NCBI GenBank assembly: GCA_026993975.1
Contig: JALWRR010000076.1
Span: forward strand, 2,016-66,015
Direction of reading: 5' to 3'
Source: Promethearchaeati archaeon
GTDB taxonomy: Archaea; Asgardarchaeota; Njordarchaeia; Njordarchaeales; Njordarchaeaceae
Length of the DNA: 64,000 nucleotides
In this document: one piece after another, positions 8,020-19,800 of the stretch
Numbering within the stretch: the stretch's first letter is position 1
How the letters are laid out: each line of letters opens with the position of its first letter
The notes under the pieces: model-generated
What the model saw: only the letters and a program-made list of their open reading frames with translations
Told to the model about the DNA's origin: nothing
Database searches by the model: none
Program-made: the position numbers and the translations under genes

Positions 8020-9015
8020 ATGCCAAAGAAACCCACTCAAGGGGCCCTGATTGCAGAGGCTCTTTTAATCGACAAGAATCTTACTTCCTATAATACGAAG
8101 TTCAAGGATGGTGCTTTAGTTCAGGTAATGCAGAAGATCAATGAAGAAGGTCTCCCACTGCTGATGTCTCATAATACTGAAAAGTTTCCAGTTGGGGCAT
8201 GGTTTGAAGCTACCGTAAAAGATGAAGCTGTGTTCTCAAAGTTCTTTGTTCCTAGAGAGATTAATGAATATGATGACATTAAAGCCCGTATTGAAACTGG
8301 TATTTTAGACTCTGTGTCTATTGGCTTTAGTGCAAAAGTTCATGAGTGTTCTATTTGTGGAAACGATATTTATGACTTTGAGAACTGTGAGCATATTCCC
8401 GGTAAGCAATATGGAGATGAGACCTGCTGTGTAATGCTTGATGACATTAAGCCTTCAGAAGCAAGCTTAGTTTATTCTGGAGCTGTGCCTGCGGCTAAGA
8501 TCGTAGATACTGATGTTAAATCAGAGTTCTTTGTAAAGAATGAACTGAACTTTTCGGAAGGCCAACTAGAGGTTGTCCAGCACAAGTGCACATATCATAT
8601 TTGCAATGAAACACAAAACGAAGGAGAAAATATGCCTGAAGAAAAGTTTCAAGAACTTCAGACCAAATTTGATGAGCTTAATTCTAAGTTCATGAATACT
8701 CGGGAGGAGCTTGTCACTGCTAAAGAGGAAGCTATTCAGTTTAAAGAGAAAGCGTCTAAGTATGACGAAGTATCTGAAAAGCTTCAAGATGTAGAGAGCA
8801 AGTACTCTGAGTATGTTCAAAAGCTTCAAGAAAAGGTAGAAGCCCTCGCTGCTCCCTTTGATGCTAACTACAAAGCTCCTGAAGATATCGAAGCAATCTT
8901 TGCTGATATCGAGAAGTTTGTAGAAGAAGCTAAAGCTCTGCCTACCGGCCAACAGTCGCATGTCGAGGATGAGGAAGTTGAATACCAAGTCCCCGCAGAT
9001 GCGTTTAAAGTCTAA
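8020..9015 (+). CDS. Prohead protease (HK97/S78-like) fused to an acidic coiled-coil scaffold-like C-terminal domain.
   Basis: SIGFSA and E-ASLVYSGAVPAA segments resemble the S78 family. The C-terminal 150 aa are E/K-rich coiled coil. Start moved to the ATG at 8020, which has an AAGGAG RBS. Confidence 0.55.
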   Translation: MPKKPTQGALIAEALLIDKNLTSYNTKFKDGALVQVMQKINEEGLPLLMSHNTEKFPVGAWFEATVKDEAVFSKFFVPREINEYDDIKARIETGILDSVSIGFSAKVHECSICGNDIYDFENCEHIPGKQYGDETCCVMLDDIKPSEASLVYSGAVPAAKIVDTDVKSEFFVKNELNFSEGQLEVVQHKCTYHICNETQNEGENMPEEKFQELQTKFDELNSKFMNTREELVTAKEEAIQFKEKASKYDEVSEKLQDVESKYSEYVQKLQEKVEALAAPFDANYKAPEDIEAIFADIEKFVEEAKALPTGQQSHVEDEEVEYQVPADAFKV

Positions 9016-9029
9016 TTAAGGAGAAATAA

Positions 9030-9413
9030 ATGGCTTATCCTAACTTACTCTATCGTGGTCAGTATACGCTCAAGCGTGTACTCACTATGCCCGCTGATCC
9101 TAGCTTGACCTCTGCTGATGTAGATAAGCTGGTTTCTGTCGATGCTAATGGCGTTGTAATTCTTGCCACTGGAAATGAAACTTTCTTTGGTGTTCTTAGG
9201 ACAGTAAATGCTAATGATAATATCTGTACTGTAGATTTTTCTGGAGTACATGAGTTTACTGCTTCTGGCGCCATTAAAGCTGGAGACCGTGTACAACCAA
9301 GTGGAAATGAAACTGTTAAGGTTTTAGATACCACTGATGAAGCCACCACTGCTGTAGCGCTCACTAAAGCTGATGTAGCTGGTGATAAAATCGCAATCTT
9401 TTTCTTGAACTAA
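9030..9413 (+). CDS. Hypothetical head protein (127 aa). Decoration protein candidate.
   Basis: Strong RBS and GC-enriched, high-expression codon usage like the capsid gene. Located between protease and MCP. Confidence 0.5.
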   Translation: MAYPNLLYRGQYTLKRVLTMPADPSLTSADVDKLVSVDANGVVILATGNETFFGVLRTVNANDNICTVDFSGVHEFTASGAIKAGDRVQPSGNETVKVLDTTDEATTAVALTKADVAGDKIAIFFLN

Positions 9414-9423
9414 GGAGACAAAT

Positions 9424-10596
9424 ATGCCTAAATTTGCTGGTTATGACGTCGTCAAGGACGCAAGCGAACTGCAACTTGACAAAAACATGTATAAGGTGGC
9501 AGCTGACCACAAGATGACTTTTTCTCAGCTGCTTGAGCGACTGAACCCTTCCAAGCCTGATGATAACCTGGATGCTTTCGAGCGCCAGCTGCAGCGTTTT
9601 GGAATCGTTACTAAATCTATTCCTGAGAAAGGAATTTATGCTTCCACTGTTGAGCAGTTCTTGAAAGCTGGAGAGCATGCCTTTGCTAATGGTGCTAACA
9701 ATCAACCTCTGCAAACTGGTGTTCCTCCCTCTCAGATTCTGTTCCCTGAGTTCATCAGTCGTGTAGCTCGGCAAGCTCTGATCACTAACACTGACTACAA
9801 TGTTAATGATCTGCTTGCTACTACCCGTACTATTAATAGCTCTACCTATAAAGAGCTGTGGATTGATACAACTGCTGGACAAAGTGATCAGCCTGATTAC
9901 GATAAGTACTCTATGGGTAGAGTCGGTGAATTTGGTACTTTCCCCCGTGTCCAAATCAAGTGGGAAGAAAGTGCCAAGTCCGTCTTCAAGCGTGGTGTAC
10001 AGATTGACATGTCTTATGAATTCCAGCGTGAAGCTTCTATGGATATTCTGAGCATTGTTATTCAGCGTATTATGCTGTCTCAGTCTATGAGTCTGTTCAA
10101 GAAAGCTCTGGATAAGATCTTTACTGGTGCTACTGTAGTTGAGTCTAGCTCTCTGGATAGTGCTTCTACTGGTGGAAAGCTGACTTATGAGGCATGGATC
10201 AAGTGGACTGCTAGCTTCGCTCCCTATGCTCCTTCTACCTATTATATGAGCCTTGATACTGCTGTCAAAGTTCTGATGATGGAGAAGCCCAATGTTGATC
10301 CTGTAGCTCTGATGGCTGCTCTGAAGCAAGGTCCTGTAACCCAGTCTATCCAGGTTGGTCGCGGTCTCTGGAAAGATGTAACTATCTTCCCTCTGACTGA
10401 TGGAACTCTGCCTGATGACTTTATCTTGACCTTTGATAAGAACTACGCTGCTGAGCGGATTATCCAGGCTGGAACTGATCTCCAAGAAACTGAGCGAATT
10501 ATCACTCAGCAGTTTGACTCTGTTGTCATCTCCATTGCTGATGAGATTTCTCTGATCTTTGAAGATGCTCGCTTCGTCCTCCATATTTCTAACTAA
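9424..10596 (+). CDS. Major capsid protein (putative, 390 aa).
   Basis: Position after protease/scaffold. AAGGAG RBS. Markedly different (CTG/GCT-rich) codon usage, typical of highly expressed virion genes. Confidence 0.6.
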   Translation: MPKFAGYDVVKDASELQLDKNMYKVAADHKMTFSQLLERLNPSKPDDNLDAFERQLQRFGIVTKSIPEKGIYASTVEQFLKAGEHAFANGANNQPLQTGVPPSQILFPEFISRVARQALITNTDYNVNDLLATTRTINSSTYKELWIDTTAGQSDQPDYDKYSMGRVGEFGTFPRVQIKWEESAKSVFKRGVQIDMSYEFQREASMDILSIVIQRIMLSQSMSLFKKALDKIFTGATVVESSSLDSASTGGKLTYEAWIKWTASFAPYAPSTYYMSLDTAVKVLMMEKPNVDPVALMAALKQGPVTQSIQVGRGLWKDVTIFPLTDGTLPDDFILTFDKNYAAERIIQAGTDLQETERIITQQFDSVVISIADEISLIFEDARFVLHISN

Positions 10597-10606
10597 GGAG
10601 GACTAA

Positions 10607-10828
10607 ATGAAGATCAAGTTAAAAGATCCCAAGCGGGTCTACTTTGATCGTCAGACGGGCGCCACTATGTATGGTGATAAAGTTCTGACTGTCAAAGCTA
10701 CTGAGTATGTTCGGCAGATGATCAATCAAGGCTGGGCAGTAGAGGTAGAAGACAAAGCTCCTGAGCCTGAGAAAGAGCCTGAAAAAGAGCCTCAAAAGAC
10801 TGCTCCGAAAGTTTCTAAGGAAAAATAA
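10607..10828 (+). CDS. Hypothetical protein (73 aa), PE/KE-rich tail.
   Basis: ORF with AAGGAGG RBS. Confidence 0.5.
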   Translation: MKIKLKDPKRVYFDRQTGATMYGDKVLTVKATEYVRQMINQGWAVEVEDKAPEPEKEPEKEPQKTAPKVSKEK

Positions 10829-11211
10829 TGGCACAACTCACAGCGGACTTTATAAGAGGTTTGGCGGGCTTGTCCGCTGCTGAACTGCCTGATTCCACTA
10901 TCAATGAACTTAAAGTTATAGAGATAGCGGAAGAAGCTGCTAGAAATTTCTATACCCTTAGCGAATATGAAGCATTGTATTACAAGGGCTGGAAAGCTAT
11001 TACGCTTCTTGCTCCATCTTTATATCTTCTTGTGCCTGAAAAAGTTCAGGATAACTTCAATCAATTTAGTAGATTTGAAGGTGTACAAGATTTAATAGAC
11101 TATGCTTTTGCTCAAGTAGCAGAAGTAGAGAATCCTAACTTTGCTCCCCAGCAATTAGTAGTCGTGGCTAAGCCTGAACAAGATCCTGTAACTGGTGAGA
11201 TTGTAAGATAA
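10828..11211 (+). CDS. Head-tail connector/adaptor candidate (127 aa).
   Basis: Position and size only. Confidence 0.45.
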   Translation: MAQLTADFIRGLAGLSAAELPDSTINELKVIEIAEEAARNFYTLSEYEALYYKGWKAITLLAPSLYLLVPEKVQDNFNQFSRFEGVQDLIDYAFAQVAEVENPNFAPQQLVVVAKPEQDPVTGEIVR

Positions 11212-11777
11212 TGGATATTTCGTTAGTTAGGGAAAAATTTCAGAAACCCTGGAATTTTAACATAGTTACTGACTACAGCGGTGATGTTTCTCACTGGTAT
11301 TATAGCTTTCAGGAGGAATCACTAAATAGCGATGATAAACTACTTTATATCACTGCTCCAGAAAGACCGGATATTTTAGGGCACTTATTAGAGCTTGATG
11401 GACAAAGATGGATAGTCTGGAAATTGTATAGAGAACACTTTAATAAAAAGTTGTGGCAGGTTCTTTTACTTCCTTCTTTAGATACTCTAGTTCTAAAGAC
11501 TGTCCCTATTGCTTCAAATGCTCTTGGGTCTGTACCTACTACTGGTGATATTAAAGAATATATCATAGATGTATTTATAGAAGACTATGGGCTTAAAGAG
11601 AGAACAGTTCCCACTGCACAACCTGTAGAGTCTTTTCAAAATGTTTTCTATGCTGCTGAGAAGCAATTTCCAAAGGCAGAGGTTTTTGAAGCTTACTACC
11701 AAGATAAAAAATATAAAGTTGATTCCTTAGAAAGAAATATTGGAGCAGTCAAAATACGGGCAACGGAGGACTTCTAA
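11211..11777 (+). CDS. Head completion/neck protein candidate (188 aa).
   Basis: Position only. Confidence 0.45.
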   Translation: MDISLVREKFQKPWNFNIVTDYSGDVSHWYYSFQEESLNSDDKLLYITAPERPDILGHLLELDGQRWIVWKLYREHFNKKLWQVLLLPSLDTLVLKTVPIASNALGSVPTTGDIKEYIIDVFIEDYGLKERTVPTAQPVESFQNVFYAAEKQFPKAEVFEAYYQDKKYKVDSLERNIGAVKIRATEDF

Positions 11778-11778
11778 T

Positions 11779-12231
11779 ATGGCAAAGGTATCAGACGCTG
11801 TTTTTAGCGTATATGCAGAGGTTAAAAAATTTGCTGATTCTCAGAACCTAGAGTTTATATCTACTACTGATATAGAGTCTGCTACTAGTATACTACTTGA
11901 GCATAAAGATAGATTAGTGCTGGCCCTAAATAAGACAGATGGTTATCCATTTTTAGAGCTTGAGTTTTATATATTTGTTTCACTATCAGAACAGTCTGAT
12001 ATTAACTCTATCATATACACTGATATTTTATCTGAATTTATGAAAGTATTTCCTAGGTATTCTAAGTTATGTGTTTATGAGGCTGATGGGCTAAAAGCAG
12101 TTCCCTCAGAGTTTAATGACACTGGTAAAAGACTAGTTGTGGCAGATATACAGCAAAAAGTAACTTCTATTACTCAGATGAAGAATAACCTTTCAGCTGT
12201 AGTTCTAAAACTAATCGGACAGATAGAGTAG
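11779..12231 (+). CDS. Tail completion protein candidate (150 aa).
   Basis: Start moved to the ATG at 11779 (GGAGGA RBS), directly after the upstream stop. Confidence 0.45.
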   Translation: MAKVSDAVFSVYAEVKKFADSQNLEFISTTDIESATSILLEHKDRLVLALNKTDGYPFLELEFYIFVSLSEQSDINSIIYTDILSEFMKVFPRYSKLCVYEADGLKAVPSEFNDTGKRLVVADIQQKVTSITQMKNNLSAVVLKLIGQIE

Positions 12232-12292
12232 GGACTGTCCATAATAAGATATGCTTACATATAAAAATGTACAAATCAATTAAGGAGTACTT

Positions 12293-13126
12293 ATGGCTTC
12301 AAAAGCTAAAACCCAAGAATTTTTCATTGGTGACCTTGAGCTTCGTGCAAGCATGGACCTCACTAAGGCCGGTGAATTAGGACCTGCTGAGTCCCTCGGA
12401 CTGGTTACTGATTGTAAGATTGCTATGACCACCAATGAAGCAAAGCTTCAAGCCGGGTTTCCTCAGAGAACTTATGCGACCGCCGTAACATCCCGTGACC
12501 TTGAAATCACAGGTAATATGACGGAGTATACTCTGACTAACCTTGCCCTGCTCTATGGTGATGAGCGTGCGTTTAACAATGCATCTACCGCCACTGCTGC
12601 TCAGACTACTCTGTCCTCTGCGTTTACTGCTGGTGGAACTACTCTGTCTGTTGCTAGTGCTGCTGATTTTAGTCCTGGTGATTTCATCTATGTTCGTGAC
12701 CAGCATGATGCTACTGATGTTTTCGCTACTCAGGTAGCCGCTGTTGATGGGACTGCAAACACTATTGATGTTACCTATCCTATCAGTCGTGATTTTGCTA
12801 CTGGAAGTGTTGTAGTTAAGGGAGAGGCGATTATCCTCGGCTCTGAAGACAATATTCCTCCTATGACTGTTCAGGTTGTTGGTGTTATGCCCCTGGATGG
12901 TGAGCCCTTTGTCTATGACATTTGGAAAGCTACTATTTCTGGTACTGTTGAAGTTGCGTCCTCTACTGATAACTTCGGTTCTCTGGCTTATACCATTGCG
13001 CCTCTGGCTCCTGGTTCTGCTGAGATTGAGTGTGGAGTTTATGGTACTGATCCTGCCAAGAAAGCCATGCTGAAGCAGTTCCTCCAGGGACGCCTGATGA
13101 AAGGTGTTGGTACTACCAGCTGCTAA
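12293..13126 (+). CDS. Major tail (tube) protein (putative, 277 aa).
   Basis: High-expression codon usage and strong RBS. Followed by large stem-loops, two chaperone-like ORFs and the tape measure gene. Confidence 0.55.
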   Translation: MASKAKTQEFFIGDLELRASMDLTKAGELGPAESLGLVTDCKIAMTTNEAKLQAGFPQRTYATAVTSRDLEITGNMTEYTLTNLALLYGDERAFNNASTATAAQTTLSSAFTAGGTTLSVASAADFSPGDFIYVRDQHDATDVFATQVAAVDGTANTIDVTYPISRDFATGSVVVKGEAIILGSEDNIPPMTVQVVGVMPLDGEPFVYDIWKATISGTVEVASSTDNFGSLAYTIAPLAPGSAEIECGVYGTDPAKKAMLKQFLQGRLMKGVGTTSC

Positions 13127-13146
13127 ACTACTTCCCTTCGGGGAGT

Positions 13147-13197
13147 GTAGGATTTACACAGCCGCTCTTGCCCGTCGAGCGGTGGTGTAAATTCTAC
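13147..13197 (+). promoter_or_regulatory. 51-nt near-perfect RNA hairpin (21-bp stem), preceded by a small UUCG hairpin at 13132-13145. No T-tract follows it.
   Basis: GTAGGATTTACACAGCCGCTC / GAGCGGTGGTGTAAATTCTAC arms with one mismatch and two wobble pairs. Confidence 0.5.
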
Positions 13198-13211
13198 CAA
13201 AAGGACGGGCT

Positions 13212-13562
13212 ATGGAAGAATACTTTTCTATTCGACTTATTGATTCTGATGAGATCATTCCCTTTGTACTTACCTATGCAATTCACAAAGATCTCCAACC
13301 TTATTTAGCTGAAGAGTCTAGACTATTTAATATGTTCACGGACGTGGAAATAGCTGACACTGTAGTACAAATGTGTCTTGCTACCCGGAATGAAAAAGGC
13401 CAAATAGTACAGGACTTTGATAAGCAAAATAAGCTTGATGCTGGTGATGCTGTAACACTGCTAGACTTTGTTTTTGAATATTTCTCTAAATTTTTTTTAA
13501 CTCATCAGCAGCTAGTGAAGGAGACTCTGGAGAATCTGGAGAATCAAGCTCAGCCACAATAG
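13212..13562 (+). CDS. Tail assembly chaperone candidate (116 aa).
   Basis: Conserved position between the major tail gene and the tape measure gene. Confidence 0.45.
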   Translation: MEEYFSIRLIDSDEIIPFVLTYAIHKDLQPYLAEESRLFNMFTDVEIADTVVQMCLATRNEKGQIVQDFDKQNKLDAGDAVTLLDFVFEYFSKFFLTHQQLVKETLENLENQAQPQ

Positions 13563-13582
13563 ACCTTCTTCTTTCTAAATCA

Positions 13583-13834
13583 ATGGATGAGTTACTACTG
13601 TGGCTCTATGACTATGATAAACTAGCTTACTATAAAGCATGTACTTCTCTTACTTATGAAGATCTTAAAGAGGCTGCGATACTCAAACTGGAGATTGCCA
13701 CCAGCCATTACTACGATATATTTAAAATAACAGCCCAAGCATTTGGAAACGAGGTTAAAGACAGTCCTAAAAAGAAATCTAACCTCCCAAAAGCTGGGTT
13801 TGATCAAATAGCAGCATTTATAGGAGCTATGTAA
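13583..13834 (+). CDS. Tail assembly chaperone candidate (83 aa).
   Basis: Position only. Its stop overlaps the tape measure start (TAATG). Confidence 0.45.
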   Translation: MDELLLWLYDYDKLAYYKACTSLTYEDLKEAAILKLEIATSHYYDIFKITAQAFGNEVKDSPKKKSNLPKAGFDQIAAFIGAM

Positions 13835-16800
13835 TGACCTCAGCTGAAATTCTAAAGCTATTAAAAAAGAATCCTAATTTTAAAGTAATAAAGTTTGATA
13901 CTGGTATTACTATTGATACTGGTGATAGAAGTTATATTATATCAGACCCTAATATTTCTAAGTCTCTACCTAAGCATCCTAATATTGAAGATGTTAAAGA
14001 AGTTCAAGCTAGAAATCCAGACTATCTTAGAGAGCTAGGAAAATTTGGTGAAAGAGTAGATAATATACCAAAACAACTGTTTGAGGGCAAGAAACCTATT
14101 CATGATCCTTATAGTACTAAAAGAACTATTCCTCAAAGAGATATAACTCAAACCTCTAGAATTTCTATCGAAGCTAGTGAGGTAGTACCTACTAATATTA
14201 ACGCCTTAATCAATGATTTTTTCACTAGCTATTTAGCTTCTGGCTCAGATAAATCTCCACTTGCTTATTATGATGAGTATGCCAAGAAAAAGAAGTTTGA
14301 TGTAAAGACTCTTAAACAGTTTAGTAAGACTACAATCAAAAAAGAGATAGAAAGACTTTCTAAAAGTAAGGATTTAGAAAAGTTCAAAGGTTATCAAAAG
14401 AAACTGTTAAGAGCTAAGTTTAAAGCATATGAATATGAAAGAGATCTTCAAGTAAAATTAGATCAAGCAGTCTTGTATTCCAATGGTGAGTATGTTGTCT
14501 TTACTAATCAGAGAATGTCTGATAAGTCTTTAAATACTCTTGGTACTGTAATGCAAGATTTATTTAAAGTTAATGACACTATTAAAGTTATGGATAGTAC
14601 TAGGGTTCATACTATTATACCTAAAGGCGAACATATCTTTATAGATGGCTTTGTTCATAATAAGCAAATGCTAGATTTAAATCAAGTAGTAGCTGATACT
14701 CTAAGAGTAGATAGAACTTTAAGCTTAGCTAATGTATCTAAAGCTGATCAAGCTTTTATTCAAAAGCAAAATGAAATTGCTCCTGGGGCTATAAGAGAGC
14801 TGCAAGATCTAGTAAAAGCTTCTACTAAAGGTCTAAACTCTTCTGAAATGGTAGTGGCCTTAAACAAGCGAAAAGTTGGTGAGCTTAAAAATCTAGCAAA
14901 GAGACTAGGAATTGAAACTCACTATCTTCAAAAGTGGCACTATGCAGATGATTCTAGTCTTTCCACCGTATTACCTAATGATTTTAAAAAGAATTTGATA
15001 AATAATGCTATTCAAAAGGATATGACAACTTGGAATAAGACAATCAATAGAAAAAAAGCCAGTATCTTTAAACGAGCAAAATCTTTAGGTATAGATCCTG
15101 AAGCTCTTAAAAAAGAACTATCTAAGTTCTCTATTGGTGAGCGTGAAGCTAGACCTGAAGTTTTCGATAGATATTCTAAAACTCTTGATCTAATCTATAG
15201 AAATCTTAGTGAAACTAGAGTAGAAGCTCTAAAAGATCTTAAGCTAAAAGGAAATGTTAGTATCTCTGAGATTAAACGTCTTTTGAACAGAAATAAAGTG
15301 CGTAAATATAGAGATGCTGATGTAGCTAAACTTTACGAGTATCTTCATAAAGATGTTCCTGAGGGTGGCAAGTTACTTGAGAAGAATAAATATCTTAGAA
15401 CTAACTTAACTAATCCTCTTGTGAACTTAGAGGGTAGATTAAAACAACGTGCCACTAATAAATTCATTAGTATGCTAGTTAATGAAGCTGCTACTACACG
15501 ACCTACTAGAATTAGACCTTTTGATCCTAAAAGAGTAGAACAACTTTTATCTATCTTTTCTGATAAGGGCTTTAATAAGCTTGCAAAGCTTGTAGAAAAT
15601 CCTCCAAGTGCTCTAGGAAAAAAAGGCGGTGAAGCTTTTACTCGAGCCATGTATGAAAAGTTTGGTGGTGAACAAGAGTTCACTAAATTACTAGGTAAAT
15701 TTACAGGTGTGCCTGATGTAGACTACAGAGCTGCAAGACCATTTGAAGCTAATCCGGAGGCTGTATTTGGAGAGATAGGTGATGAACGTTTAGATAAAAT
15801 AGCTAAAGAATCTTTAAACACCGGTAAAGTAACTGATACTGTTCCTGGAAATGAAGTTCTTGCTAGTGATATTAATAAGTATCTTGATGATCTACTAAGT
15901 AATCCTGAACTTAGTAAGAAAGAAAAAGAAAGAGCCCTACAACAGAAAATACTTGATGAGCTAGGTAGAACTAGAGGCTATGATGTTTATGAATATCAAC
16001 TTGGAGAAAAGGCTATTAAAGTAGCTAAGTATCTTGAAAGTGGTAAGCCTTTAAATCTATCACAGCTAGGAGAATACATAGACCTAGCTAAAGAACTTGG
16101 TATTAATGTAGAGCACGAGGATCTTAAGAACGTTCATAAGAAAGTAAAAGAAAAGATTGAAAAAGTACTTGAGGTTCAGTTTGGTGGAAAAGTAGACTTA
16201 ACCCGCAAAGCCGTCGGTGTAGGTATGAATAACTACCTATTTAAACAAACTGCCACTGCACCCGCTGCTGCTTTTGATGCTCTTGGCATTTCTGAACTTG
16301 GCTGGGCAAAAGACTTAGGAAATGGCAAGGTCGATTATGGTCAGTTAGTTAGGTATGCTGAGAATCCCGCCAATTTTCCAATTTTTGCTGGTAAAGGTGT
16401 CATGAAGAAATTTCATGAGACTATGAAAACTATAGGCGGACCACTTCATGAGGGCTGGTATACCAAGAGAGAACGCAATGCTGTAGATGAGTTTAGAAGA
16501 AACGATGTAATGGTATCACCTGCAGAAAGAGCCCAAGTTAAATATGACCTATTTGAATGGTATAAAAATAAACCTTTTGTTTCTAAGCCAGTTACTAGTG
16601 GATTTGGTCGTAGTGTATTCAAAGCAACAAAAGTATTTGAACAGAAATTTGATCCTAGAACTTTTAGTCTAGTAGATGATCCTCAATTAACTAAGGCCAA
16701 AAAGAATAGAGCTTTAGCATTTATGTATAAACATCCTGGATTTAAAAAGTTTCAAAAAGCCATGGTATCTAAAGCTATGGATAAGTTTAAATCTGAGCAG

Positions 16801-19800
16801 CTGAAGCAAATGCTAAGAAGTAATACTGAAGTAATTATTAAAGCCTATGCTGGAGAAAAGCTTGGTATAAAAGGAGACCAACTAGCTATACATACTAGAA
16901 GAACCTTAGAGCATATAGGTAATTTATTCCAATTTATAGAGCAACAAAAAAAGGCTGGTAATTGGGTAGTAGCTAACTCTTTAGAGTATGGCCTAGAAAA
17001 GACACTAAAAGATACTCAAAAAGCTTTAAGTAATAAGGGTTATTTTAGTGAAACTAATCAAAAGCTCATTGATAAGGTTTTAACTAATCCTACTGAGGTC
17101 AATAAAAAAGTATTATCTCATGCTGCCTCTAAACTTGGGGACTATGCACTTGAATATGCTGGTGCACATGGGGTAGAGATGCCTACTTATGGTATTGAGT
17201 ATCCTAAGGGCGGGTTAGTCATAGAAGACTTAGTAGCTAGTGAAGCTAAGAAAAAATTACTTGGCTATGGCAAGGGCACTGGAGTACCTTTTAGAGGCAT
17301 TACTGAGTATGAGTATGCTCATGGCATTGCAATGCCAAAGCTGTTTGAAGAGCTCAGTACTGTTAAAGACCCTATGAATTTATTAGAGAAGGCAGAAGCA
17401 GATGCATTTAAAAAGGATAGAAAGTTTGCTGATATGCAATTCTATCCAAAAGAGCCAAATGCTGTTAAACCTTTATCCATGTATCAAAAGCTTACTAGAG
17501 CTGCAGCAGCTGCTAAAGGTAAACCTTGGGTATCGCCAGTAAAACTTGTTAGTTTTAAAGAGCCCAAGGACATTATAACTAGTAGACCTTCAGTACCATT
17601 TACTGCAGAGCCTATGTATGGTTTTAATTCTATTCCAGTAGATTATGGTACTAAAACATTATTTGATATCAATGCAGTTAATTTCCAAAAAGCAGTTCCA
17701 GACTTTGTAGGTCATGAGAGACTTAGAAAAAAGTATTTAGATGTTTTGGAAAAATTGCCTGAAGAGAAAAAAGCTGAGTGGCTAAAACGCTACTTAAAAC
17801 GTTTCAAAATGCTTAATCGCGGCGGTAAGATTCCCGGAAAAGGCACAAAAGACGAAGTACCGGCATTATTAACTAAAGGTGAAACAGTAGTTGATCGGAA
17901 AACATCAGAAAAACTTGGTATTCATTCTCAAGCAGACTACGAAAGATTCAAAGCTGCTGTACACGCTGGAAAAATCAATAAGTTTGCTGATGGTGGATGG
18001 GTAGAGTTTGCTAATATCTTAAGAGATGCAAATAAGCCAGAAGACTTTGCAAAAGCTAAAGAGCTATTTGATAATTTATCTGGTAATGATAAAACAGCAG
18101 CAGAACAATTGTTAGCTAGTAATGGAATGACTTATGACAGTCTTAAGAGTCAAGCCTCGGTATCTAGTCAAAGAAGAACTCAATCTACACCTAGACAGCC
18201 TAAGAATAGAACTAGTGCTGCAAAAATGACTATTAACATGGCTAGAGGATCTTTTAGAATAGATAAAAATGAGAATCCAAAATTTAACATTAACAAGATT
18301 GATACTTATCTAAATAGCGTTCAAGGTGCAGATATTCTAGCAAATTCCGGTAATGAAGTTTCTAAGAGAGCTGTAGAACGAGCTAAACGAAATATCTCTA
18401 AAGAATTTCTTAGTAATTATGGTCTTAATGAAACTATGTTAGCTGAAATTAGTAGTGGTACTCCATCTAAAGCTACAAAACGAGCTATAAAAGGTTTATC
18501 ATTAGATCAAGTTACTCAGATCAAAAATATTGGAAAACAATTTGAAAAATTAAACCCAGAATTACATGCATTCACTCAGAATATAAAGACCTATAATAAA
18601 CAATTTAATGCTTCTAAAAAGAGCAAGACTAAAATGCCTACTAAGTTTAAACTTGATAGAGATCTTTTAGCATCTAATGCTGAAATGCTTGGAGAGGCGT
18701 TTGGTATTAGTCCAGAGGAGTTTAAAAAGTTTGCTGGAGCTAGCAAGAAAAAGACTTTCAAACAGCTCAAGAAAATTATGGAGAATATTGACTATGCGAA
18801 TCTTAAGCCTGAGACACAAACTAAATCAGTAGAAGCACTACAAGCTCAGAGCGATTCTTTAAGAGCCTTTAAGCGGCTGTCTGAGCAAAGCTATAAAACT
18901 GGTACAATGTTTAAAGAGCGGCAAGCTGTAGAAGCCTATGCAAGTCAAATTGAAAGAGCTTATTCACAAAGACGCCAAGCACAAGCAAGAATTGGTGAAT
19001 TTGGTTCTTTGATGATGCAGAATGCAGCATTTATGGGCTCTTACGTAGCAATTGATGCAGTCTCTGGATTGTTCACTAAAACTATTGGATTCATGTCTGA
19101 ATTTAGTGATGCTACAAAGAATCTCCAAGCAATTACTGGCGACACTACTGATGGCCTTAATATTATGGTTAAAGCCATTAAGAAAGTATCTACTGAGACT
19201 AAATTCTCAGCAGTAGAGATTGCTGACGCTGCTACCATCTTAGGCCAGGCTGGCTTCTCTGCTGTAGATATCCAAAAATCACTAGGCGGGGTTGTTAAAT
19301 TAGCTACTGCTACTGGCTCTAAGCTTGAGGATGCAACTCAGATTCTTACCTCAGCATTGACTATCTGGGATAAACCACTGTCTGAGTCTAAGAAACTGGC
19401 CAATGAATTTACTGCAGCTATTAACCAATCTAAGCTAGATATTCAGTCTTTAACTGGAGCTATCCAATATACAGGTAACATTGCAGCTGCGGCTAAAATT
19501 CCAGTAGAAGATGTGTTAACAATGACAGCTCTATTAAAAGATGCTGGTATTAAACGAGCTTCTACTCTTGGTACTGGTCAGCGTCTGTTATACTCTGATA
19601 TTAGTGCTCCGTCTAAAAAGTTTGTTGAGTCTTTAAAAGACGCAGGTATTACTCTTGCGGAGTTTACAAAGACCTTTGATGAGCAAGGTATTCTTGGGGC
19701 ATTAAAACTGATGAAAGATGCGGGCTATGGCATGGCTCAAGCATCAAAAGGTATGGAGCTTCGTGAGAAAGCCACTTATTTGGCTGCTATCAATCAGCTT

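Noticed and set aside
13147-13197. Intrinsic terminator after the major tail gene.
   Set aside because: The strong hairpin is not followed by a U-tract on the plus strand. I recorded it as a regulatory or processing hairpin instead.
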